DNA from: Brevundimonas sp.
GTDB taxonomy: Bacteria; Pseudomonadota; Alphaproteobacteria; Caulobacterales; Caulobacteraceae
Assembly: GCF_041688735.1 (NCBI RefSeq)
Contig: NZ_JBDNHO010000094.1
Coordinates: 2,796 to 66,795 of the forward strand
Length of the DNA: 64,000 nt
Direction: 5' to 3'
Shown here: in pieces, positions 39,941 through 50,460 of the stretch
Layout: each line of letters opens with the position of its first letter
Position numbering within the stretch: position 1 is the first letter of the stretch
Position numbers and translations under genes: made by a program
The notes under the pieces: model-generated
What the model saw: the letters and a program-made list of their open reading frames with translations, nothing else
Databases searched by the model: none
What the model was told of the DNA's origin: nothing

Positions 39941-42900
39941 TCAGGCTGCTCGGGCGACCCGCGCCAGATCGGCCGTGATCCGCTCGGCGACCTTCAGCCG
40001 GTCAGCCGCCGTGTCCCACTCGCCCTTGACCACGATCTTCTGGTCCGGCCGGATTTTCCAGAAGGCATGGTTCTTCTGGATCAGGCCGACCAGCCCCATC
40101 GGATTGGGGAAGGCATTGTCGCGCAGCGTCAGAACCGCGCCCTTGGGCCCGATGTCGATGCGCTCGATGGAGGCGATCTTGCAATTGGCCTTGATGCCGA
40201 CGATGCGCAGCAGCTGTTTGGCCTCGTCCGGCAGGGGGCCGAACCGGTCAATCAGTTCGGCGGCCAGGGCTTCTCGCGTCTCCGAGTTCTCGGCGTCGGA
40301 CAGGCGGCGATACAGGCTCAGGCGAACATTGAGGTCCGGGACGTATTCCTCTGGAATCAATACGGCAGCGCCGACGTTGATGGCCGGCGACCAGCCGCGG
40401 TCGACGAGACCCCCGCCTTCGCCCGGCCCGGTTCCTTTTTGGCGTAGCTCGGCCACGGCGTCCTCCAGCATCTGCTGGTAGAGCTCGACCCCGACCTCGC
40501 GGATATGACCGGACTGTTCGTCGCCCAGTAGATTGCCGCCGCCGCGCTGATCCAGGTCGTGGCTGGCCAGCTGGAAGCCGGCTCCGAGGTTGTCCAGCGA
40601 CTGAAGCACCTGAAGCCGCCGCTCGGACGACAGGCTGATCGGCTTGTTCGGCGGCGTGGTCAGATAGGCGAAGGCCCGCGCCTTGGCCCGGCCGATCCGT
40701 CCCCGGATCTGGTGCAGCTGGGCCAGCCCGAACATGTCGGCCTTGTGCACGATCAGAGTGTTGGCGGTCGGCACATCCAGTCCGGACTCAACGATCGTCG
40801 TCGACAGCAGCAGGTCGTAGCTGCCGTCATAGAAGGCGCTCATCACGTTTTCGAGCTGGGTGGGCGACATCTGGCCGTGGCCAACGACGAATTTGATCTC
40901 GGGCACCTTCTCGCGAAGGAATTGTTCGATGTCCGGCAGATCGGCCACGCGCGGCACGACGTAGTAGGCCTGACCGCCACGGTATTTCTCACGCAGCAGG
41001 GCCTCGCGGACAAGCACGGGGTCCCACGGCGTTACGTATGTCCGAACCGCCAGACGATCCACGGGAGGTGTAGCGATGATTGACATCTCGCGGATGCCCG
41101 ACAGCGCCATCTGCAGCGTGCGGGGGATCGGCGTCGCTGTCAGGGTCAACAGGTGAACGTCGGCGCGCAGAGACTTCAGCTTCTCCTTGTGCTTGACACC
41201 GAAATGCTGCTCTTCGTCAACGATTACAAGGCCCAAATCCTTGAACCCGACCTGCTCGCTCAGCACCGCATGGGTGCCGACAACGATCTCGAACGCGCCA
41301 TCCTTCAGCCCCGCCCGCGTTTCGGCAGCGTCCTTCGTCGTGACCATGCGCGAGAGATGCCGCACCTTGATCGGCCAGCCGGCAAACCGCTCGCTGAAGG
41401 TCTTGAAATGCTGCCGCGCCAACAGGGTCGTCGGGCAGACGATGGCCACCTGCTGCCCGGTCATGGCCACCACGAAGGCGGCCCGAAGCGCGACCTCGGT
41501 CTTGCCGAAGCCGACGTCGCCGCAGATCAGCCGATCCATCGGCGTGCCCTTGCCGAGGTCCTCCAGCACATCCCCGACGGCGTTCAGCTGGTCGTCCGTT
41601 TCTTCATACGGGAAACGAGCGCAGAATTCGTCGAACAACCCTTGTGGCGGCACGATGGCAGCCGAGGTCCGCAATAAGCGTTTGGCCGCCAGAGCGATCA
41701 GACCCTCGGCCATGTCGCGAAGACGGGCCTTGGCTTTGGCCTTGCGCCCCTGCCATGCGGCACCGCCCAACCTATCCAGCTGCGCACCGTCCGTGTCGGA
41801 GCCATAACGGGTTAGCAGATCGATGTTCTCGACCGGTAGATACAGCTTGCTGTCTCCGGCGTAGAGCAGTTCCAGGCAGTCGTGAGGGGCCTCCTGGATC
41901 TCCAGCGTCTTCAGCCCCTCATAGCGGCCGATGCCGTGGTCGAGGTGGACGACCAGATCGCCCGTGGTCAGGGCTGAGGCTTCGGCCAGGAAGTTTGACG
42001 CCCGGCGCTTCTTCCTCGGTCGCGCCAGGCGATCGCCGAGAATGTCGGTCTCGGAAATGACGGCGACCGCGTCCGTCTCAAACCCGTGCTCGACCGGCAG
42101 GACACCGCGTAGATAGATGTCCTTCGGCGCTTTCTGTACGTCGGCCCAGCCACGCACCGCGACGACATGCTCCAGTCCGTGGTCCGCCAGCATGGCCGCC
42201 AGCCGCTCCGACGAGCCTTCCGTCCAGGAGGCGAAAAGTACCCGCTTGCCGGCCGCCTTCACCGCCTCGGCATGGCGCGCGACGGCCTCGAACAGATTGA
42301 CGCTGTCCTGCGCCCGCTCGGCCGCGAAGCTGCGGCCCAGCCGCCCGCCCGCGTCCTCCCCGGGGCCGCTGAACGGCGACAGCCTCCGCACCCACCGGCC
42401 GGCCAGAGCGTTGTTCCAGTCGTTTTCGCCCAGATACAACCGTTCGGGCGGCAGGGCGCGGTAGGCGGCGCCCCCCTTGCCCAAGGCCGCGTCGCGCCGC
42501 GCCTCATAGGCGTCGCGGGTCAGGGCCCAGCGCTCGCCGCGCGCCGCCTCGACCTGATTGTCCAGGAACAGGCGTGCGTCGTCGGGCAGATAGTCGAAAA
42601 GCGTCTCCAATCGGTCGTAGAGCAGCGGCAGCCAGTGCTCCATGCCCTGTCTGCGCGAGCCCTCGCTGATCGCCGAATAAAACGGGTCGTCCCCCACGGC
42701 ACCGAACAGAGCCAGATAACCCGTGCGAAACCGTGATATGCTTTCCGCGTCCAGCAGGGCCTCCGACACAGGCGCCAGCGACACCTCGCGCAGCTGTCCG
42801 GTCGACCTCTGGGTCGCCGGATCGAAGCTGCGGATCGATTCCAGCTCCGAGCCGAACATGTCCAGCCGCACCGGCTCCTCGAAGCCCGGCGGATAGACGT

Positions 42901-43411
42901 CGATGACGCCGCCGCGCACGGCGAACTCGCCCTTCTCCGACACCGTCGAGGCGCGCATGTAGCCGTTGGCCGCGAAATAACGCTCCAGCGCCGTCGTATT
43001 GAGTTCCAGGCCGACCGTGGTCTGAAACCCGGCGCCGCTGGTCACCTCGCGCGGCGGCGTCCGCTGCATGGCCGCGCCCACCGTGGTCACGACCAGTATC
43101 GGCCGGCGGTCGCCTGCTCCGCGCTGGGCCAGCGTCGTCAGCGCCGCCATCCGCTCGGCCGATACCGACGAGGTTGGGCTCAAGCGGTCATAGGGCAGGC
43201 AATCCCAGGCCGGAAACTCCACGATCTCGATGGTATTGGCGAAGAATCCGAAGGCCTGGATGAACTCGCCCATGCGCGCGTAGTCGCGTGCGACGAAGAC
43301 GCCGACGCCCCCGTCGGCCTTCAGCCGTTCGGCTACGGTCAGGGCGTCCAGCCCCTCGGGTGCGCCGCATAGCGCCTGATCGCCCCGCCTGGGAACCGCG
43401 CCGTCCATCAA
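39941..43411 (-). CDS. mfd: Transcription-repair coupling factor
   Basis: 1156 aa with the helicase motifs GDVGFGKTEVA and DEEQHFGV, plus CarD-like and TRCF domains. Confidence 0.97.
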   Translation of the reverse strand: MMDGAVPRRGDQALCGAPEGLDALTVAERLKADGGVGVFVARDYARMGEFIQAFGFFANTIEIVEFPAWDCLPYDRLSPTSSVSAERMAALTTLAQRGAGDRRPILVVTTVGAAMQRTPPREVTSGAGFQTTVGLELNTTALERYFAANGYMRASTVSEKGEFAVRGGVIDVYPPGFEEPVRLDMFGSELESIRSFDPATQRSTGQLREVSLAPVSEALLDAESISRFRTGYLALFGAVGDDPFYSAISEGSRRQGMEHWLPLLYDRLETLFDYLPDDARLFLDNQVEAARGERWALTRDAYEARRDAALGKGGAAYRALPPERLYLGENDWNNALAGRWVRRLSPFSGPGEDAGGRLGRSFAAERAQDSVNLFEAVARHAEAVKAAGKRVLFASWTEGSSERLAAMLADHGLEHVVAVRGWADVQKAPKDIYLRGVLPVEHGFETDAVAVISETDILGDRLARPRKKRRASNFLAEASALTTGDLVVHLDHGIGRYEGLKTLEIQEAPHDCLELLYAGDSKLYLPVENIDLLTRYGSDTDGAQLDRLGGAAWQGRKAKAKARLRDMAEGLIALAAKRLLRTSAAIVPPQGLFDEFCARFPYEETDDQLNAVGDVLEDLGKGTPMDRLICGDVGFGKTEVALRAAFVVAMTGQQVAIVCPTTLLARQHFKTFSERFAGWPIKVRHLSRMVTTKDAAETRAGLKDGAFEIVVGTHAVLSEQVGFKDLGLVIVDEEQHFGVKHKEKLKSLRADVHLLTLTATPIPRTLQMALSGIREMSIIATPPVDRLAVRTYVTPWDPVLVREALLREKYRGGQAYYVVPRVADLPDIEQFLREKVPEIKFVVGHGQMSPTQLENVMSAFYDGSYDLLLSTTIVESGLDVPTANTLIVHKADMFGLAQLHQIRGRIGRAKARAFAYLTTPPNKPISLSSERRLQVLQSLDNLGAGFQLASHDLDQRGGGNLLGDEQSGHIREVGVELYQQMLEDAVAELRQKGTGPGEGGGLVDRGWSPAINVGAAVLIPEEYVPDLNVRLSLYRRLSDAENSETREALAAELIDRFGPLPDEAKQLLRIVGIKANCKIASIERIDIGPKGAVLTLRDNAFPNPMGLVGLIQKNHAFWKIRPDQKIVVKGEWDTAADRLKVAERITADLARVARAA

Positions 43412-43728
43412 CCCGCCCCCTCGGCCACGGCGGCGGCGACGTGGTCGCGCATGAAACTGCGAATTTTGCTCATGACGAGCGTTTCGTGCCGGGCCGGCGT
43501 CGGCTCGGTCCCGATAATCCAGGCGTAGAGTTGGTGATCGTCGTCCTCGGCCAGCAGAGCCTCCAGTGAATCCAGTTCGTCGTCTCCCAGCGCTGGCCCG
43601 ACCTGATCGGCGAACGGACCCAGGACCAGATCGGCCTCGCGGAACCCGCGCCGCCAGGCCCGGAACATGATCCGGCCCAACCTTTCCTTGGTGGAAACAT
43701 CCGTCAGGCGTGCGTCGATATCGGCCAC
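43408..43728 (-). CDS. sdhE: Succinate dehydrogenase assembly factor 2 (SdhE / DUF339)
   Basis: 106 aa with the RAWRRGFREADLVLGPF motif. Its stop overlaps the mfd start. Confidence 0.85.
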   Translation of the reverse strand: MADIDARLTDVSTKERLGRIMFRAWRRGFREADLVLGPFADQVGPALGDDELDSLEALLAEDDDHQLYAWIIGTEPTPARHETLVMSKIRSFMRDHVAAAVAEGAG

Positions 43729-43811
43729 AAGGTTCCTTGCCCGGTCGGTCAGTAAACAGGACGCGTCAGATAGCGTTCCCCCGGCCGTTTCGCCAGCTAT
43801 GCTGAGGCGTC

Positions 43812-45899
43812 ATGCGGCCGCAGATTCTCTTTCCCCTGTTCGCGGAAGTCTCCAGCCTGAAGGGCGTGGGGCCCAAAATCCTGCCGCTCGTCCAGAAACT
43901 TGCCGGGCCGCTGGTGCGCGACGTCTTGTTCCTGTCGCCGTCCGGCCTGATCGTGCGCCAGCCGATGACGGCGGCGAATGCCGTCGAGGGGCTGGTCGGG
44001 GTGTTCGAGGTGGTGATTGATCGGCTGATCGTGCCCGGAAAGCCCGGCGTCCCGATCAAGGTCCAGGCGCTGGACGACACGGGCTTCGTGCACATGATCT
44101 GGTTCGGCGGCTCGGCCCAGCATATCGACCGCCTGCTGCCCAAGGGCCAGAAGCGGCTGGTGTCTGGCAAGGTCGAGCGGTTCAACAACGAGGTACAGAT
44201 CGTCCACCCGGATATCTTCACGCCCGAACAGGCCGGCGAGATCGCTGCCGTCGAGGCGGTCTATCCGGCGACGCAGGGCCTGACCTCGCGCGTCATGCGC
44301 AAATTGGTGCAAGCTGCCCTGCCTCACGCCCCAGACCTGCCGGAATGGCAGGACGCGGCATGGCAGGCGAAGATGCGCTGGCCGGGTTGGCGCGCCGCGA
44401 TCGAAGCGCTTCATGCGCCGACGACCGAGACAGATTTGTCGCTCGACGCCCCGGCCCGCCAGCGGCTGGCCTATGACGAACTTCTGGCCCATCAACTGGC
44501 CCTCGCCCGCCGCCGCCGCGCGCGCCAGATCACGCCGGCGCCGCGCATCGTGCCCGGCGGTGCCTCGGCCCATCTGCTGGCCGCCCTGCCCTTCGACCTG
44601 ACCGGCGCCCAGGTTCAGGCCGTCGCCGAGATCCGTCGCGACCTGGCCTCCGGCGAGCAGATGGGCCGACTGCTGCAAGGCGACGTCGGCTCGGGCAAGA
44701 CCGCTGTGGCGGCGCTGGCGCTCGCCGACGCCGCCGCCTCGGGCTTCCAGGCCGCCCTGATGGCGCCGACGGAAATCCTCGCCCGCCAGCACTGGCAAAG
44801 GCTGGCGCCGATGCTGGAGGCCGCCGGTGTTCCGACCGTCCTGCTGACCGGCCGCGACACCCCGGCCGAGCGCCGCACCCGCCTGGCCGCCCTCGCCTCG
44901 GGTGACGCCCAGGTGGCCATCGGCACCCACGCCCTGTTCCAGGACGCGGTCCGTTTCGACCGACTGGCGCTCGCCGTCATTGACGAACAGCACCGCTTCG
45001 GCGTCAATGAACGCCAGCGCCTGCAGGCCAAGGGTGACCCGCGCACCGGCGGCGTCCACCTGCTGACCATGTCGGCCACCCCGATCCCGCGCACGCTTGA
45101 ACTGACCCAGTACGGCGAACTCGAAGTATCACGCCTGACTGAAAAGCCGCCCGGACGCACGCCGGTGACGACCGCCGTCCTGCCGCTGACCCGCATCGGC
45201 GAGGTTGCCAAACGCCTCCGAGCCGCTCTCGACGCCGGCGCGCAGGCCTACTGGATCTGCCCGCTGGTGGCCGACAGCGAGGCCTCGGACCTCGCCGCCG
45301 CCGAGGCCCGGGCCTCGGACCTGCGCCGCATCCTCAAGATCGAGGTCGGTCTCGCTCACGGCCAGATGCCCGGCGCCGAGCGCGAGGTGGTGATGGCTGA
45401 TTTCGCCGACGGCCGCATCCCGTTGCTGGTCGCCACGACCGTGGTGGAGGTCGGCGTGGACGTGCCAAACGCCACCATCATGGTCATCGAGCACGCTGAC
45501 CGTTTCGGCCTGGCCCAGTTGCACCAGCTCAGGGGCCGCGTCGGGCGAGGGACAAAGGTCAGCGCCTGTATCCTGTTGTATGGCGGCGGCGACACCGGTT
45601 TGGGCGGGACCGCTCGCGAGCGACTGGAGACCCTGCGCCGAACCGACGACGGTTTCGAGATCGCCGAGGAGGATTTCCGGCTGCGCGGCGGCGGAGATCC
45701 GCTGGGCCTGAAGCAGAGCGGCTTCCCCGCCTACCGCTTCGCCGACCCTGTCCAGCATCGCAGCCTGTTGCTCGCCGCCGCCGACGACGCCCGGCTGGTG
45801 CTGGGCCGCGACCCCGACCTGACCAGCGCGCGCGGCGAGGCGGTTAAGGTGCTGGAGGCCCTGTTCGACTGGCGCAACGACCGGTCCGGCATCGACTAG
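43812..45899 (+). CDS. recG: ATP-dependent DNA helicase RecG
   Basis: 695 aa with a wedge domain and the helicase motifs GDVGSGKTAVA and DEQHRFGV. Confidence 0.97.
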   Translation: MRPQILFPLFAEVSSLKGVGPKILPLVQKLAGPLVRDVLFLSPSGLIVRQPMTAANAVEGLVGVFEVVIDRLIVPGKPGVPIKVQALDDTGFVHMIWFGGSAQHIDRLLPKGQKRLVSGKVERFNNEVQIVHPDIFTPEQAGEIAAVEAVYPATQGLTSRVMRKLVQAALPHAPDLPEWQDAAWQAKMRWPGWRAAIEALHAPTTETDLSLDAPARQRLAYDELLAHQLALARRRRARQITPAPRIVPGGASAHLLAALPFDLTGAQVQAVAEIRRDLASGEQMGRLLQGDVGSGKTAVAALALADAAASGFQAALMAPTEILARQHWQRLAPMLEAAGVPTVLLTGRDTPAERRTRLAALASGDAQVAIGTHALFQDAVRFDRLALAVIDEQHRFGVNERQRLQAKGDPRTGGVHLLTMSATPIPRTLELTQYGELEVSRLTEKPPGRTPVTTAVLPLTRIGEVAKRLRAALDAGAQAYWICPLVADSEASDLAAAEARASDLRRILKIEVGLAHGQMPGAEREVVMADFADGRIPLLVATTVVEVGVDVPNATIMVIEHADRFGLAQLHQLRGRVGRGTKVSACILLYGGGDTGLGGTARERLETLRRTDDGFEIAEEDFRLRGGGDPLGLKQSGFPAYRFADPVQHRSLLLAAADDARLVLGRDPDLTSARGEAVKVLEALFDWRNDRSGID

Positions 45900-47002
45900 C
45901 GCTTTCGGTCGGCGAGCCAGACAGCCAGACGTGCCTCGACGTCCTCTTCAATATCTCCGTAAAACATATTGTAATGTCGGGCTTTTCGTCGATCAGCCCA
46001 ATTGCCTGTTTCCTGGAAGGATTCCAGTCTTGGCTCCGAGTGTCGTAGCAGTCCTCGGCGGCACTGGGTCGAAAATTCACGCGCGATCAAGGCCGGTCTC
46101 GCCCCCCATTCGAGGCCGGTGGCGTTGGTCGCGCCACGATGCGCGCGGGCGGGAACGGCGGCCGTCGTTTGCGAGCCCGTCACCGGGTTCACGCACAGAG
46201 CGGTCTGGTCGCGCAGTTCCACCAGATGACCACGCTCATCCCAGACCAGCGCGCGTCGCAGCCGACGGCTCGCCGCGCCGTCGTTGCCGTCGCTGACGGG
46301 CGAATAGGCGACCACGCATCCGGTCTGTTCGCGCGAGGTGCAGGCTGGAACCTGCGCGGCCAGCCCGTCGGCGGCGACCACGACGTCGGTCATGTAGGCC
46401 GCGATCAGACGGCGGCTCAAACCCGGGTTCGGAGCGACCTTCTCGCGTATCAGTCGCTCAACCGCCTCGCCGCCCTGCTCCACCCCCGCCAGAACGATGG
46501 GTCCGGTTGGATGCCGCGCGATCCAAACGTCAAAGGCCCGCGCGACATCGCCATAGGCGAACATCCGCGCCTCTCGCGCGTCTTCTCGCAGCGTCAGGCG
46601 GGTATAGAGGCTACCCTGCCGATATCTCGGCGCGCTGATGGCTCCGGTTCGGGCGAACGGTCCTGCATAATTCGGCAGCACGACGCGATTCAGATAGGCG
46701 TCGGCCTTGCCATCGCCGATCGGCCCGTTCCACTCGCGTCCCCCGTCGTAGGTGGTTGAATGTACGAAGAAGATCGCTGCCGGACCAGCGCCGGGCGCGC
46801 GGGTTTCGCTCAGCGCCCAGCCCGACGCCGCCGCGTAGTCAGGCGCGGGCGGCGGCTCATAGGTCTGGAACGGAACCTGGGGATCAAGGCCGGCTCTCAG
46901 AATGTCGCCGCGCCAGACCGCGAGCCCAATGGTCAAAAGCAACACCAGCGCCAGGCCGACCCAGCCGGCCCACTGGCGCACGGTCAGCCTGGACCGTGTC
47001 AT
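45896..47002 (-). CDS. DUF3089-like alpha/beta-hydrolase-fold protein (membrane anchored)
   Basis: 368 aa with an N-terminal TM helix and IFFVHSTTY...APRYRQGS...IVLAGVEQGG. There is a 4-nt overlap with the hldD stop. Confidence 0.7.
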   Translation of the reverse strand: MTRSRLTVRQWAGWVGLALVLLLTIGLAVWRGDILRAGLDPQVPFQTYEPPPAPDYAAASGWALSETRAPGAGPAAIFFVHSTTYDGGREWNGPIGDGKADAYLNRVVLPNYAGPFARTGAISAPRYRQGSLYTRLTLREDAREARMFAYGDVARAFDVWIARHPTGPIVLAGVEQGGEAVERLIREKVAPNPGLSRRLIAAYMTDVVVAADGLAAQVPACTSREQTGCVVAYSPVSDGNDGAASRRLRRALVWDERGHLVELRDQTALCVNPVTGSQTTAAVPARAHRGATNATGLEWGARPALIAREFSTQCRRGLLRHSEPRLESFQETGNWADRRKARHYNMFYGDIEEDVEARLAVWLADRKR

Positions 47003-48000
47003 CGATACGGGTCCGGCGTGGCGAGGAACTCCTGTACATAGCGACGGACGCCTTCTTCCAGCGGGGTCGCCTGCCCACTGAACCCGGCGGCGCGGACACG
47101 CTCCATACGGGCTTCAGTGAAGTACTGGTATTTGTCGCGGATGGTCTCGGGCGTATCGACGTATTCGATACGCGGCGTCTTGCCCGCCGCAGCGAAGGTG
47201 GCGTTGGCCAGGTCGAGGAAGGACCGCGCCTGTCCTGATCCGGCGTTGAACACCCCCGACACCCCCGGCGCGTCCAAGAGCCACTCGACCAAATCGACCA
47301 CGTCGTCGACGAAAACGAAATCGCGCATCTGGCCGCCGTCGGCATATGCCGGGTTGTGCGACCGGAACAGCGTTAACGGCTCGTCGGCCTGAAGCTTCGG
47401 CCAGATCTGGGCGACGACTGACTTCATGCCGCCCTTGTGGTATTCGTTGGGGCCATAGACGTTGAAGAATTTCAGCCCCGCCCACTGGCTCGGCGATTGT
47501 CCGCGATCCGACTGGCGCGCCGCATACTGATCGAACAACATTTTCGAATAGCCATAGGCGTTCAGAGGTCGAAGGGCAGACAAGGCCTCCAGGCTGTCGT
47601 CGTCCTCAAACCCGCCCTCGCCATCACCATAGGTGGCCGCCGACGAAGCGTATATCAGCCGGGCGTCGCGCAGGGCGCACCAGTCCCACAGGTCTCGGGA
47701 AAGGGTGAAGTTGGTGCGCATGATCAGGTCGGCATCGGCCTCCGTGGTCGACGAGATCGCCCCCATATGCACCACAGCCTCGATCGCCCCGGCGTGCCGC
47801 TCCAGTTGCTCGAACAACTCTTCCGGTTGCCAGAAGTCGGCGATTGAATGTTTGGCCAGATTCTTCCACTTGGCCAGTTCCGCCGTCTCCATACGGTCGC
47901 AGACCACGATATCGCGCCGGTCCTCGGCGCACAGACGCGCGACGATGTTGGAGCCGATGAAGCCCGCGCCGCCAGTCACCACGATCATGCGCCGCGCCAT
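46999..48000 (-). CDS. hldD: ADP-glyceromanno-heptose 6-epimerase
   Basis: MIVVTGGAGFIGSN Rossmann start and a YGYSK catalytic motif. Confidence 0.9.
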   Translation of the reverse strand: MARRMIVVTGGAGFIGSNIVARLCAEDRRDIVVCDRMETAELAKWKNLAKHSIADFWQPEELFEQLERHAGAIEAVVHMGAISSTTEADADLIMRTNFTLSRDLWDWCALRDARLIYASSAATYGDGEGGFEDDDSLEALSALRPLNAYGYSKMLFDQYAARQSDRGQSPSQWAGLKFFNVYGPNEYHKGGMKSVVAQIWPKLQADEPLTLFRSHNPAYADGGQMRDFVFVDDVVDLVEWLLDAPGVSGVFNAGSGQARSFLDLANATFAAAGKTPRIEYVDTPETIRDKYQYFTEARMERVRAAGFSGQATPLEEGVRRYVQEFLATPDPYR

Positions 48001-49451
48001 CAGTCGTCCTTCATCTTCTGGATGGTGTTGGTCGTGGAGTAGCCGTCTTCGAAGGTCGCCAGCCTGACCTCGCCGCCCCAGCTCTCGACCAGATCGCCGC
48101 CAACAACGCCCTCACGATTGTAGTCCGCGCCCTTGATCAGCACATCGGGTCGCAGCCGCTCGATCAAGGCCAGTGGCGTAGGATCGTCGAAGGCCGTCAC
48201 CCGGTCCACGGACTGCAGACCGCCGATGACGACGGCGCGGCTGTCCAGATCATTGACAGGCCGTCCCTCACCTTTCAGCCGCCGCACAGACGCGTCGGTG
48301 TTCAGAGCCACGACCAGCCGGTCGCACCAGCTCCGCGCCTGCGCCAGATAAGCTACGTGCCCCCGGTGCAGGATGTCGAAACAGCCGTTGGTGAAGCCTA
48401 CCTTCAGCCCCTGCCGCTTCCACCCCTCGACCACGTGCGCCAGCTCATCCAGCGGCAGGACCTTGGCGTGCGCACCGGCCGCGTGCTGGCTCATCTCGGC
48501 GTCGATCAGCTCGGCCGGGGTCACGACCGCTGTGCCCGCCTTGCCGACCACCACGCCAGAGGCGAGGATGGCGAATTCCACCGCCGTCTCCAGCGACACG
48601 CCCGCGCCCAACGCCAGACCCAGCGCGGCCAGTCCGGTGTCTCCCGCGCCGGACACGTCGAACACCTCTCGCGCCCGGCCGGGGAAGTGTTTCACAGGTT
48701 CGCCGCGCCGCATCAGGCTCATGCCCTTGCCGGCTCGGGTGACCACGACCGCCATGACCGTCGTGGCGTGCAGCAGTGCCTTCAGCGCCGCCTCGACTTC
48801 GGCGTCGGTCTCGACAGGCAGGCCCGTCGCTGACGCCAGTTCACTGGCGTTCGGCTTGATCAGATCGACCGCGCCATAACGAGCGAAGTCGCGGCCCTTG
48901 GGATCGACCACCACCGGCGCGCCAGTCTTTTCCGCCTCCGACAGGGCCTGACCGATAACCAGATCGCTTACGGCGCCCTTGGCATAATCAGACAACAGAT
49001 AGACGGAAGCTCCGGTAAAGGCACTCGTTTCATCTCCAAGAAATGCTTCCGCCTCCTGGTCCAACCGCAACAGTTGCTGGCCCGCCGCGACGAAGCGGGT
49101 CTTGACTATTGTGGCCGCGCCGGCCCGCCGTTCGACCGCGTCCTCGACTCCCGGTTCGGCGGCGATCAGGGCCGCCAGTTCGTCTCCGGCGGCGTCCCGC
49201 CCAATCACCGCACCCAGCCGGGCGATCCCGCCCAGGGCCGCAGTGTTGCGCGCCACATTACCGACGCCGCCGAGCATGGCCGTGGTCCGTCGCTGCTGCA
49301 GCACGGGGATCGGTGCCTCGGGCGAGATGCGGCTGACCTCTCCATAGACGTAGCGGTCCAGCATCAGGTCGCCGACGCAGGCAACCTTCAGCCCACGCAC
49401 GCTCTCCAGCAGCGCCTGCAACCGTCCGAGATCGAGCGTCCGTTCAGCCAT
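48000..49451 (-). CDS. hldE: Bifunctional D-beta-D-heptose 7-phosphate kinase / D-beta-D-heptose 1-phosphate adenylyltransferase
   Basis: N-terminal pfkB-type kinase domain and a C-terminal cytidylyltransferase motif (NGCFDILHRGH). Confidence 0.93.
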   Translation of the reverse strand: MAERTLDLGRLQALLESVRGLKVACVGDLMLDRYVYGEVSRISPEAPIPVLQQRRTTAMLGGVGNVARNTAALGGIARLGAVIGRDAAGDELAALIAAEPGVEDAVERRAGAATIVKTRFVAAGQQLLRLDQEAEAFLGDETSAFTGASVYLLSDYAKGAVSDLVIGQALSEAEKTGAPVVVDPKGRDFARYGAVDLIKPNASELASATGLPVETDAEVEAALKALLHATTVMAVVVTRAGKGMSLMRRGEPVKHFPGRAREVFDVSGAGDTGLAALGLALGAGVSLETAVEFAILASGVVVGKAGTAVVTPAELIDAEMSQHAAGAHAKVLPLDELAHVVEGWKRQGLKVGFTNGCFDILHRGHVAYLAQARSWCDRLVVALNTDASVRRLKGEGRPVNDLDSRAVVIGGLQSVDRVTAFDDPTPLALIERLRPDVLIKGADYNREGVVGGDLVESWGGEVRLATFEDGYSTTNTIQKMKDD

Positions 49452-49469
49452 CCCCTTGGCCTAACGGAT

Positions 49470-50402
49470 TCAGTGCGCCCCAGAAAGCAGAATGCTCGCC
49501 ATCCGCGCCTTGGTCAGGTCGTCATAAGCGATCAGGTCGGCGCACAGGGCTTCGAACTGGTCCAGCGGCACCATGTTCGGCCCATCCGACGGCGCGTTAT
49601 CGGGGTCCTGGTGCGTCTCCATGAAGACCGCGTCCACGCCCACGGCCACGGCGGCGCGCGCCAGCACCGGCACGAATTCCCGCTGGCCGCCCGACGACGT
49701 CCCCTGCCCGCCCGGCTGTTGCACGCTGTGGGTCGCGTCGAACACCACGGGACAGCCGATCTCGCGCAAGATGGGCAGGGCCCTCATGTCCGACACCAGG
49801 GTGTTGTAACCGAAGCTGGCACCGCGCTCGCAGGCCATGACGTTGGGATTGCCCGCGCCCACCACCTTGGCGATGACATTCTTCATGTCCCAAGGCGCGA
49901 GGAACTGGCCCTTCTTGATGTTGATGACCTTGCCGGTCGCCGCAGCGGCCAGCAGCAGGTCGGTCTGGCGGCTCAGGAAGGCCGGGATCTGCAGCACGTC
50001 CACGGCTTCCGCGGCGATGCGGCAGTGTTCCTCAGTGTGCACGTCGGTCAGTACCGGCAGGCCCGTGACCTCGCGAATTTCCGAGAAAATCGGCAGCGAG
50101 CCCTCCAGGCCGAAACCACGCGCGGCGCTCGCCGAGGTCCGGTTCGCCTTGTCGAAGCTGGTCTTGTAGACGAACCCGACGTTCAACCGCTCGCCGATCT
50201 CCTTCAGCGCATGGGCCATCTCCAGCGCGTGCTGGCGGCTTTCCAGCTGGCAAGGGCCGGCGATGAAGACAATGCGCTGGCCGCCGCCGATGCTGACGGG
50301 GCGCTTCAGGCCTTCAGTGATGTTGATGACGGCGTTCGGCTTGGACAAAGGCGGGTTTCCCGGATTCTGGGCTTGGCGACGCGCGGCTGATGCCGCACTC
50401 AT
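49470..50402 (-). CDS. kdsA: 3-deoxy-8-phosphooctulonate synthase
   Basis: [10 protein letters not shown]...[12 protein letters not shown]...[10 protein letters not shown] motifs. The ATG at 50402 is preferred to the longer ORF. Confidence 0.93.
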   Translation of the reverse strand: MSAASAARRQAQNPGNPPLSKPNAVINITEGLKRPVSIGGGQRIVFIAGPCQLESRQHALEMAHALKEIGERLNVGFVYKTSFDKANRTSASAARGFGLEGSLPIFSEIREVTGLPVLTDVHTEEHCRIAAEAVDVLQIPAFLSRQTDLLLAAAATGKVINIKKGQFLAPWDMKNVIAKVVGAGNPNVMACERGASFGYNTLVSDMRALPILREIGCPVVFDATHSVQQPGGQGTSSGGQREFVPVLARAAVAVGVDAVFMETHQDPDNAPSDGPNMVPLDQFEALCADLIAYDDLTKARMASILLSGAH

Positions 50403-50460
50403 GCGGCGATCAGGTGGCGTCGGACGGCGAGGTTCGCAAGCTATCACGGAGCCCGAGCGC

